A stretch of 63,990 nt of DNA, counting the filler, from Collodictyon triciliatum (lineage: Eukaryota): assembly GCA_043381765.1 (NCBI GenBank). It is 8 parts of 8 records of this genome, joined end to end, with 100 filler letters (N's around TTAATTAATTAA, not from the genome) between each part and the next. Parts side by side here need not be neighbours in the genome. Positions count along the whole stretch, not along the records: positions 41,336 to 49,494 come from JBHJMP010003559.1; positions 49,595 to 57,753 come from JBHJMP010003560.1; positions 57,854 to 63,990 come from JBHJMP010003594.1; 5 more parts are not named here. One strand, written 5' to 3'. The notes beneath the pieces are model-generated. The model had not been told where the DNA came from, made no database searches, and saw only the letters and a list, made by a program, of their open reading frames with translations. A program made the position numbers and the translations under genes. Shown here in pieces: positions 46,305 through 63,990 of the stretch. Numbering within the stretch: position 1 is the first letter of the stretch; every line of letters begins with the position of its first letter.

Positions 46305-47769
46305 GAGCAACTAGGTAGGAAGCAGGTTGAATCAAGAGTGAGTTTTCTTTTTTGATTTTGTTCGGTTTTGTTTTTACTATAATGGCTCTCGTGGTTTTGG
46401 AGTTTTCGTTTCCAATTGACAGAAATCTTTTTCTATTTATCTATTTTTTAAGCTCTTGCGATTTTTTATGCTTTCGTTTAATAGAGTAGATCGTGGCCAC
46501 ATGGGACGTATAACTCTTTTTCTTTTTCTTCTTTCTTTTTCATCTGTCAATTGTAATATACACCGCAGCGTGTCCTTCGTATGAGCTGTCAAGCAGCCGA
46601 AGCCTAATCCCGGACCCAGATTGCCTGTTCTCTTGGGTGGCTACGATGGAATCAACGCGAAAGAAAATCGATGCCTTGCACGTGCAGTTCATAAGTTTCC
46701 GCACGCGATCGCTGCCTTCCTGGCACATACCCATCAAAAATACACATTGGAATGCTACATCAGGCGCTGTTTGTGCCGCGGGAATACGTTATAGCGCAAC
46801 AGGAGTGTAATGATGTGCGATTATTTTTCTTGGTACTTAGAAATAAGTCATGTAGCTTCGAATTATTAAATAATCCACTCATTTTGTGCTATTTTCCACA
46901 CATGGCTTTCTGTTTTGGAGGGCTGTGGTTTGCACACACTTTCCAGCTTGAGAACAGATGCATCTTCGCCAAGCAGTTTTGTTCAGAATCGTGCCTCCCA
47001 ATCTGCCATGCACGCTGTTTTCATCCATGATTCACTCCAATCTTCCAGGCGAAGCGTGTGAGCCTCTTTAAAGAGAAAAATGATAACGTATCTTCGAGGC
47101 TCCCGATATAAACACATCCTTGGGTCTTTCCACACCCAACCGATGCGAGACAGAGCACAGAGGCAAAAAAGAAAAGAAAAAAGCAACACGACATGATATT
47201 ATGAGTCCGAATGAAGCGCTGTGAGGTGATGCATTGAATAAGACTATCAAAATCGATGCACTTCATCGCATATTTACTTCAAGCGCACTTATTTCCGTTT
47301 TTCTTCATTCCATCACGGGAGCAAATACCCGTCGGCATTCTTAGCTTGACATGATGCTACGAACGTGATGGTGATGTGGTGCATAGTATTTCTTGACCGA
47401 TACACGCCCATCAAGCATTCCTTTATGGATTCCTGAAGCGACAGAGAAAATAATGAAATGGTGTAAAAGAGTGCAGAAAGTTAAACATGACCTTTATTTC
47501 CCATCAGTCACCGATAAAAGGGCTCGCAGGCAGGTACACCAAAGTGACTTTGAATTTGAATTGTTCTGATGAATAAATGGTGCTTCATTTATTCGCTTCA
47601 TTTATACATAGTTCCATGCATTCTATTCACGATAAGCCTGACATTTGCCGCCACAGATCTTCCATCAATCGATCGAGTCCTTGTGTATTTTTATTCTAAT
47701 ATTGGATGACTTCATATAAAAAGAAAAGTGGCATTATAAGTGCAGCATCTTCATGGACTCTGCATTCTC

Positions 47770-49494
47770 AATCCATCCGAAGTAAAGAGATTGGGTGAGT
47801 ATTGCCCAATTCGCATGCGGGGTTTCTAGGAGGCTACATGCAAAAATAGCATCACGAGGAAATCGCCAACTATGTCATAGATTAGCACCTGAATCAGCTC
47901 ATTGTCGATTTGCACATTTATGTAATCAGTTACCAAACATAAAGGTCTACTCAGGAAAAAATAGTACAGTATGCCAATTAAATAAAACAAACCGAGCTGT
48001 CAAAATCCAAGTCTCCGTAAAACCAGCTCCTAGAAATAATCAAAATAGAATATGTACGATTTAAAAGGCTGGTTTTCATGGCGTAACAAATGAGGTGCAT
48101 GCATACATATTTCCTACAAAAAAGGAGGAAATATAAAGCTGGGATACAGATATCAGTAAAGAAAAACTGTAAGCAGTACTGAAATCTTTTCCGCATGTCG
48201 CGATTCCATCCGTATATAACGCTATTCGAGAATCCAACGAGAGGAGACCCAAGGCAGTGCATCACGTAGAGAAAATACTGCAAAGGAGTATTTTGATTTA
48301 GAAACTTCGTTAGTTTGCGACTAAATGGGCGTTGGTCAGTGCATATTCTATAAAATAAATAGAAAACATGCAAGACTTACCACGGGATTACCAGGGTCAA
48401 TCAGATTCTGGAAGCGATTCATAATACCCCAAATCCAACAAGAAAGGAATGAAACAATAATCAGCTTCATTCTTCGTGACATGCGGACTGATAGTTTCAA
48501 AAAGTAGGGGTTCATGAAGTTGCTGGGTATAACTACAGCCGATGCTGTTCCTGATGATTGAGATGGAAACCCACCCTTTTTTATTCAAGGTTAATTTCTT
48601 TTAACTTCACTATTTTTTAGGGGAATTATCCAGAATAAAATATTGCAAAACTTGAATTTGAAATTAATCACGCATACACTATGTCTTATCATAGAATGCA
48701 GTTTTCTGTGTGCCGAAATATACATCGTGACATCGAAAAAAAAACCAGCTATGAGTATAATGTAGAAAAGAAGGAATCGAAAGTAATCGAAATCGCTCTT
48801 TATCCAGCACCTATTGAATACAGAATTAAGTGTCCATCATTATCTTTGGTACTTCCCGTTTATTTATATTTTCTTGTTGTATCAAAGAGTTTGTAGCCTA
48901 TTATATATTTACATATACCATATCTCTGTTTCTCCAAATCCTCCGCTCACCCAAACAACAATGCATGTAAATGCAGGAAAGCCCCAAGCGATTCCAAAAA
49001 AGTACTTATTGTACGGTGTTAACTATGAACATATATAAACATCAATAGTACTTACTAAAATAGAGACCATGCATGCTAATGCACATATCCATATTTATGA
49101 AACTTAAATTGCAAATCGTTAAGAGATAATATAAAGTATCCCTAAAACGTTAAAAGAGAAAAAAAAGGCACCCTATATTTAAATTACTGAAATGTCTTAC
49201 ATCTTCCACTTTTCTGATAAGAAGCAAATATGACGAATATGCCACGACTGATACCCAAAGACATAGCGATATGTTAAAGAACTGTATTCCAATCGCTGTT
49301 TTATGATAAATATTTGTTACTATTAATTTAATTATGATAATCATCATCATAAACATTTTCTTAACAAATCTTTTAAAAAACAATAAAGCGGAAGGAAATA
49401 TCGGTGCTGTCCCTTATGAAGCAATGGTGCACCCATAAAAACTCTTGTATTTTAGACATCAGATTTTCTTGTATGTGTATAAATAACCTTGAAC
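47770..49494 (-). CDS. 7-TM GPCR, cAMP-receptor-like (copy 2; tandem paralog, 5' truncated by contig end, 3' end approximate)
   Basis: Same exon structure and motifs as copy 1 (YFFGIAWGFP, WCWIKSDF, CWIWGIMNRFQN, GFSNSVIYGWN). Confidence 0.85.
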
Positions 49495-49594
49495 NNNNNN
49501 NNNNNNNNNNNNNNNNNNNNNNNNNNNNNNNNNNNNNNTTAATTAATTAANNNNNNNNNNNNNNNNNNNNNNNNNNNNNNNNNNNNNNNNNNNN

Positions 49595-49696
<102 letters not shown>

Positions 49697-49747
49697 CTCG
49701 ACTTAGCGCTTGAATAAAATCATAATTTCCTGCTTACAAATATGAAG

Positions 49748-50257
49748 GGTATGAAAAGATGGGTAGAGGTCGGTAATTCCGGTGTCTTCCGTCCGGAGAT
49801 GCTGAGACCCATGGGGCTCCCCGAAAACGTCAGTGTCATCGCCTGGGGTCTGTCGCTGGAAAGGTACGAGCAGTCGGCTCTGGCTTTTTTTTTCTTTTGT
49901 TATGTATTGATTGCTTATGTCCAAGGATTCTTTCCGTCTATTGCATTGGCAGCATCATAACTTATTTTTTCTCTTTCTCCTGTTTTTTTTTCTCTGAACA
50001 GACCAACCATGATTAAGTATGGCATCACAAACATCCGAGACTTGATCGGACACAAAGTTGACATCGGGTATGTATTACTACACCAAGCGCACTTTCACCC
50101 GCGGCAATTTTTATATGCGGAACGCATTTGTTTTAGCATTCGTCTTATTTTAAGTTGTCCCGTCGCGTGTGCCTCCTTTTTATGAAAACACCGGTGTGAT
50201 TGATTTTTGCATAGAATGATTCGCGACAACTCCATCTGCCGCCTCGACAAGGACTAA
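49748..50257 (+). CDS. FARSA: Cytosolic phenylalanyl-tRNA synthetase alpha subunit, last three exons
   Basis: [58 protein letters not shown]|...ICRLDKD*. Confidence 0.95.
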
Positions 50258-50748
50258 GCAGGAATTCGTCCCACTGTCGCTGTTCTACTGCTACCTTCTC
50301 TTGCAAAAGTGACTGCCAAACTGGCGTCATGGAGAGAGAGAAAAATAAAAGGATTTTTTTTTCATTGATAAATTATAGTTCACAAATAGACTTCACCTGC
50401 AAGCATATTGAAGCTGAATATGTCGATATGTGTTTCACGCACGTAAAGACTAATACAATCACTATGTTTGGTTGAATTTAATTGTTCTGTATCTGAAGTG
50501 GCATTCAATTACTATCTGGAAAAGCTTAAGTCAAGGAGCGGCATCAAGAAACAAGTTACTCAGTCAATACTCAATAGCCTCGAACGAAAATTGACAGAGT
50601 CCAGGCTCACGTGTCGTGGAAAAAAAGAGAAAGATGTTGAGAACCTATCAAAAGAATTTCATATATATATTTTTTTTTATTAATCTAAGCCAGTAGCAAC
50701 AGAATAAAACATAAATAAGCCCATCGCGAGGAAATCCTGCCCACTGAG

Positions 50749-57540
<6,792 letters not shown>

Positions 57541-57631
57541 GAACAATTCCATATAAAGTTGTTTGCGACACATGATTATTAATTTGTCCACGACAATTGA
57601 GAAAAAGTGGAATATTGGGCTGGTACATTTT

Positions 57632-57753
57632 CATAATGATAATGATAATGATAATGATAATGATAATGATAATGATAATGATAATGATAATGATAATGAT
57701 AATGATAATGATAATGATAATGATAATGATAATGATAATGATAATGATAATGA
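57632..57753. repeat. (TGATAA)n microsatellite at contig end; also (AAAAAGTG)n ~57097-57172, (TAA)n ~52518-52623, (GAT)n ~50887-50932, (TTA)n ~49594-49695, (AAAAG)n ~60221-60310
   Basis: Direct tandem repeats, intronic or at contig ends. Confidence 0.9.
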
Positions 57754-57984
57754 NNNNNNNNNNNNNNNNNNNNNNNNNNNNNNNNNNNNNNNNNNNNTTA
57801 ATTAATTAANNNNNNNNNNNNNNNNNNNNNNNNNNNNNNNNNNNNNNNNNNNNTTTCTTTTTTTTCTTTTTTTTTTTTTTTTTTTTTGAAGGAAATATCC
57901 CTGGTATATCCGCTTATGAGTTCAGGTAGCGAAATATTTATATTTGTTTGGAGAAAAACAATAGCAATAACAATAAAAAACAAC

Positions 57985-58022
<38 letters not shown>

Positions 58023-58270
58023 CAAGCTCGAAAGGTACACCACACCAGTGTACAGGGCACCCGAACAAATCAACTTGACCATCGGCAGAAGAATCACACG
58101 CAAAGTGGATATTTGGGCACTAGGTTTTCTTCTCGTGATACAACTGCGAACTGACCGAATGAACTCATTTTTTTCTTTTATCTAAAAGACACTTTCGTTA
58201 CTCACACCTTGGTTTCTTTATCTCGATTACTTCATGAAAGCCAAGAATAACAAAACTCTCCCTCTACAGG

Positions 58271-58771
58271 CGTGACAATCTACCAGGTGGCCTACAGAAG
58301 ACTTCCTTTTGAAAGCACTTTGGCTACAGTCTCTGGACGAGTCACAATCCCTTCGCAACCCACTTACTCAGTCCCATTCACAAATATGTAAGGACTCTGC
58401 GTAATGCACATGTATTAATATAAACGTATTTGTTTTTCTGTGCACTTTAAAATGTAGTTGCAAAAGAGAGATAATAAAACAGCAAAACAGTGGTGCAAAT
58501 AAAAAAAAATGAATGAAACCCAAGGTTAATGATTACGTGTGCTTCATTTTTACACTTAAACTTTTTCTATTATTCAATCTAAAAATAAATGTGCAGGCTA
58601 CAGACACTCTTCGATTTGGACCCAGAAAAAAGGCCTGGCATTGAGGGTGTGCTGGGATGTCTTGACCAGTTTTGGGATTCCGACGGGCAATTGAAAAAGC
58701 CACTGCCAGAAGCGCACAAAGCGGCGATGCAGCTGAATATCCAACAAGAATGGACAGCTGATTTCGACTGA
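58271..58771 (+). CDS. Ser/Thr kinase C-lobe, NAK (AAK1/GAK/BIKE)-like, last two exons
   Basis: GVTIYQVAYRRLPFESTLATVSGRVTIPSQPTYS...M|LQTLFDLDPEKRPGIEGV...QEWTADFD*. Confidence 0.65.
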
Positions 58772-58978
58772 CTTTGTGTGGAATCCTTTATACATCAGCA
58801 TAAGACAAACAAAATAATAATAATGATACACATCCATATCTATCACCGCGAGAAAAAAAAAGCAAATAAATTTCAATCGAATTGCCCCAAAATGAATATT
58901 TGTATCCTTATTTATTTTTTATGAAAAAATCAGATTTTATTGCACCATGCCAAAGCGAATAATAAAAAAAAAGGAAGT

Positions 58979-61900
58979 TTAAATTTTTCGCTTGGTCATG
59001 CTCTCTGCAGATTTCGATTCAACTTTGCGCTTCAGCTATTCGACAATGGCCATCGTGAATATTATAAGTAATTTAATTGTCACAGCTTGAAGGGGAATTT
59101 GCATGAGCGGTGAGTTTTCAAAATATCGTAGACTTACAGATGAGACCAATGATTGGAGCTGTGGGTCTTTGATTCTTGAGCCTTCCTTTGCTGACGGACG
59201 AGACTATTGATTTTACAGCACCCCGAATGAAAAACCATAGATGGGCTGCGCACTTATTTGATGATTTTCTTTGTGCATGTGTTGATTTTGCACTTACTGC
59301 CGACTGATTGTCGATTCGTGCAGTTTCACGGCGTTTCTGCTTTTCTTGCAAGATAGTCTTCATACCCGGCGTTGGTTTGTAACTGGAGGAGAGATGATTG
59401 ATAGATGAATGAATGGGAGGAAGGAAGATGATGAAGAAAAACATGAAAGGCACGGGTTTCAAAGAGAGCGATATGGTGCTTTCGAGTCTCGTAAATGCGT
59501 GTGCTAATCTCTCGACAACAGAGCACTATGATTTACCTTGGGTCGGTTGGGTCGATGGCAAAATCATGTGATGTGAAAACGGCTCCAAAGCGGTCATCAT
59601 CTACATTCACCTTGAAGGTGTCTGGTTCCACAACGATTCCGGCTTTCTTGAACTTCTTTTTCGCAGATTTCTTTTGGCTGTCCATAATTTGCTGTCCAAG
59701 AACAAATAAATGGATGAATGAAAGTATACATATGCCTGGATTTCAAGTAACAACTCCGTAGTCGTATGAGGCTGTGAAACGATGGAATACATCAGTTTTA
59801 AAACGGCAAAATAAAGATATAAAAAGTCACTTTCATGTCGAACGACTTTCGGGTCTTATTGGACTCATCGTCATCCATAAGTAGTAGTTCCAAATGCGCT
59901 TTAGATTTTTCATCTTCATCATCTTCTGGCAAACCAAATCATCAATATAAACATATGAACTAGGGAAGTGATACATATTCATTTTAGAAGTATATCTTTG
60001 TGTAAAGAACCCCATATGACCAGCTCACCTGTAGCAGTTTTTTTCTCTTTTTTTTTCCCTTTGGTTCCTCCGCTCTTGGCTTTTCTCAAACTTCCAAAGC
60101 TGTCATCGTGGTCCTCATCCTCTGAATTTAAAATAGTTGAGTAGAAACACATATTTACCAATTACGCAGATAAATATTGTTGTTTCTTTAAAGAAAAGGA
60201 AAAGTAAAGTAAAGTAAAGTAAAGAAAAGAAAAGAAAAGAAAAGAAAAGAAAAGAAAAGAAAAGAAAAGAAAAGAAAAGAAAAGAAAAGAAAAGAAAAGA
60301 AAAGAAAAGAAAATAAAATAAAATAAAATAAATATCGGTGTAAAATTGGGAAATGGCTTGATGACAAATATGCAAACTATACTCGCTGCAATCTCAGAAG
60401 CAAAGAAGGGGTCATCGGCAAACTCTGCTGGAATCTCATTCATGTCACCCGCATCCCCATTTTCTTTAGATTCAGGTGTTTGAATAATTTAGCATTGGGA
60501 CATTAATTCCGACATGATTTTAAGCTGAAAAGAAAGGAAAATAGTAGGAATAACCGAACCGTTCCAGAGCAAACCTGATATGTTTGTGTCTCTCTTTTTC
60601 AGTTTCTTTTTTTCCTTGTATTTCCTTTGGGCTGCCTCCCAAACAGTTTCATCTTTTCTTTCCTGGATAAAAGGATATGCAACGGAGGATTTTCACATTT
60701 TTACTTACTGTGAAGTCGATTCCTTTAGTTTACTGCACTCTGCTGCGAACAAAAAGTATATGAATGCATACTGACCAAGAATAATTACAAACCTCTTCCA
60801 GCTTCTTTTGCTTAAGTAGTTCGACAGCAGCATCAGCAAGTCCTGTTGAAAACGTAACTTCCATATCTCCCTGAACTTCATGGTATTTTGATTCATCATG
60901 ACCACTTTTCAATTCCTCCAATAAGCTCTTATATTTATTTCTTTCCTTTTCCTTCAAGAGAGGCTTTTTCGATATTTTCTGTGTATGATGATATCATACC
61001 AAATATGTGAGAGGGCTAAAATTAAGCGATAATAAGTTCTCCAAAATATAATAATATATAAGTAAAGAAAATTGAGCAGACTTTTTGTCCGTCAATATTA
61101 GCTTCGTCATGGTTATGCTCGACTTTTTGATCAGTGTCATCCCCTTCTTTAGATTGAGTTGCTGCACCATTGTATGTATCATCATCGTCTTCTTCTTCAC
61201 CATCATCAGATGCAAGGTAATCCTCAAAGTCCATTTCTTTCAAGTCTTTCTTTGAAAATTTTCTAGAATATGATTGTACATTTACACACCTCCAATAGGC
61301 AAAACTGTTTTAAAAAACTGGTATTCCTCTAGAACAACATTTATGAGACTTAACAATCAATTATTTGAATTTTTTTAGTTCAATAATTTTTTTTTAAGAT
61401 TTAAAATATGATTAAAATTGATATTGACGATATATTTGAGGATATGGAGAGTCTCTTGCGTCATCATAAAACGCAATTTGCAAAAATCAACAAAAACCTT
61501 GTAGTAACTTTCAATCTTTTGAAATCAGTTTCATCCCAGGTTAGTTTGACATTGGAGCTCTGTAAGGCTGCGGTCGCAAATTCTGGCGGTTTGTACTTTT
61601 GGGGTATTTCGACAGCCTTGTCCCTATTAGAATTTCATCAATATATACCTAATGCTTATTCAGGGGATTCTATGTTGACTACAGGATATATTTTGAGATA
61701 GATATTTCAACATATTAAAATAAAAATCGTAAATTCTTTAAACTTTGGTGGATGGGGGATTTCTAATTCATCGGGAATAAATCTTAGGTCCAATATGTTC
61801 CCTGTTTTCTATACGGATATGATAAACAAAATTTTTAAAAAAGTAACATAATGTAAAAAAATTAGCTAAAAAAATATGATCATTACTGCTACCAATAAAA

Positions 61901-63778
61901 TATCATCAAAGAATCCGTACCTCATACTCAAGACCATCGCACTCATTGTAAATCACAAGAGCGGTTTTAGCAGAATCACATTCTATCACTCCGTAGTAAT
62001 ACCTGGGTACGTAATATCGTGAGTTGCCGAATCAAACGAATGAGTAACAAGCTATGAAGAATTAGACTGAAAAGTCTTTCATTTGCAGGTAACCAGTATT
62101 ATGACTCATTTACTTCAGCCTATTGAGTTCATATTTTCTTAGTTTGTTGGGATCAACAGAGTCTTCAATGTTCCCATCCAAATCTAAGGGCTTAGCCTCT
62201 ATTTTTTTCGATGATGTCCCTTTTTCTTCCTTCCATATACCCGCAGGACCTTCAGTTTGTTCCTATGACCAGTCAAAATCATTATATGTAATATAGATGG
62301 AACTGAGTAAAATATTACAACAGAAAAATGGTTGAAAGTGACATGTGTGCCAAAACTTTAGCAGAGAACGAGAAGCTGTGAGATGCAAGTGAGCGAAATG
62401 GAATCGAACTTTCTGCATTTGCTCTATCCCAAAGTCAGACGGGTGAATCCCTACTGATTTAATAAGTCCACCTGGTGGACTCATGCTCTGAAAGAGGACT
62501 AGAAGATCAATGGCCTGACGCAAAATTTTATTAAAGATTAAATGAATCAGTATATATATGTGAGGATATTGTGGTATCTGACAATAAATAGAATACATAG
62601 CGGTATATTATCTCCAGAATACCCTAATTCTAGCCCAATCTAAATTCATGATTGCAATGCGCCGTGTTTCCTCGGCAATAGGAATAACCTCATTTTGTAC
62701 ATTCTATTGAATGATAAGATACGATAAATATTTTCCAACAAATAACGATACCAATAATAAATTTCAAGTGTAGTAGGAATTATAATAAAATATAAAAATA
62801 AGGAGATAAACAGTTCACTGTTTATGCGGGAAAATCTGAGAGACAAAGAACACATGAGTAAGATTATCGATAGAAATTGGGACTTGACATACCCCCCATA
62901 TGTCCTCTTCATCGCCCTCACTTTCTCCATTCTCTTGTCCACTTTCACTGGTGATATCATCTGTATCTGTTGAGTTGGCATCGTCCTCATCATTCTCGGA
63001 GTTTTCTCGCCCGTCATCTTCACTATCCTCACCATCTTCTTCTTCTTCCTCCTCAATCTTTCCATCATTCTCATCCTGGTCATCATTTTCATACTCTTCA
63101 TCATATGATTGTTCAACATATTCTTTCTCCTCCTCACTGCCAATATTATCTTCAGTATCATCGGTTTCGCTTTTGCTTAGAGGAGTTTTCAATTTCTCCG
63201 CTTTATTTTGCTTTTTTAAAGAATCTTTGGCACCTTTACTTATTTTGGTGGATGTCCTATTATCTAATTCATAGTATGCTGCCAAATTTTCACTTTTTTC
63301 GATAGCTCTCCCATACTTATCGACAGTTCCTAGTGAAAAAAAAAAACGTAATAAGTTATCCTTTACAATAATTGAAATCATAAAAAAGCGAATTGAATGA
63401 ACACAAAGGTAAATGAATAGTGTGAGGGTTCATAAGAGAGACATATCATATTACCCAAATTACAGTAATAGTATTATAAGTAATCAGGAACCATAAAACC
63501 AAAGTCACTTTTGAAAGCTACTTTAAGTCACACATACCTTGTTTTTGAAAGTCTTTGTTCGTAAACATCGCTGCAAAGCGAGAATCAACAACAACTTTCT
63601 TGTCTCTCTTGTTTTGCTTCTGAAACCGAGGATCGCTCAGGGCTTTTGCGAAGCGAGGGTCGCTCTCAAATTCATTCGAAGCTTTCTTTCTTGGATTTGC
63701 TCCAAGGTTAGAGGGTGGCCTTTGTGCTGAAGACGGCTCTTCTTTTTGTTTGCTCTTGCTGCTCTGTTTGGAGCTCAT
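58979..63778 (-). CDS. ESF1: Pre-rRNA processing protein ESF1
   Basis: DPRF...[21 protein letters not shown]; acidic region; [64 protein letters not shown]|..[22 protein letters not shown]153 [20 protein letters not shown]. Confidence 0.93.
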
Positions 63779-63938
63779 TTCTGGTCTGTTGGCCGGAACC
63801 TGCCGTTAGTGTGATCACACGATGTTGCTCTTGAATTAAAGTGTGCCCGCTTGGCTTATGATGTTCCTTTCTTCCTTTCTTCCTTTCTTCCTTTTTTTGT
63901 TTTTTTGTTTTTTTGTTTTTTTGTTTTTTTGTTTTTTT

Positions 63939-63990
<52 letters not shown>

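Noticed and set aside
46540-47400. Possible extra domain (e.g. GPCR-PIP kinase fusion) downstream of GPCR copy 2
   Set aside because: No PIPK or other recognisable motifs, and all frames are interrupted.

Overview
Intron-rich eukaryotic (protist-like) genomic DNA, not prokaryotic. The window joins eight unlinked contigs: seven of about 8.2 kb and a shorter final one cut by the window edge. They are separated by artificial N-padded TTAATTAATTAA spacers, so adjacency across spacers has no meaning. Most contigs end in microsatellites. Manual splicing recovers a beta-repeat (DUF4097-like) protein, a VWA protein, adenosine kinase, a TTLL6/13-like tubulin glutamylase, an atypical Arf-like GTPase, a J-domain/TMEM185-like membrane protein, a TTBK kinase, a coiled-coil/PH protein, an LRRC28-like protein, ATG14, a DUF4062-NACHT-TPR protein, two tandem cAMP-receptor-like GPCRs, FARSA (3' end), an ARM-ZZ-PB1-TKL kinase, a NAK-type kinase (3' end), ESF1 and two copies of a decayed LINE-ORF1-like repeat. 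Three observations stand out. (1) The TTBK gene has an AT-AC U12-type (minor spliceosome) intron. (2) The NACHT-TPR gene encodes five consecutive TPR repeats, each on its own 126-nt phase-2 exon, a layout permissive for exon shuffling. (3) Several proteins have unusual architectures. All family assignments rest on motif recognition by eye; no database search was run.
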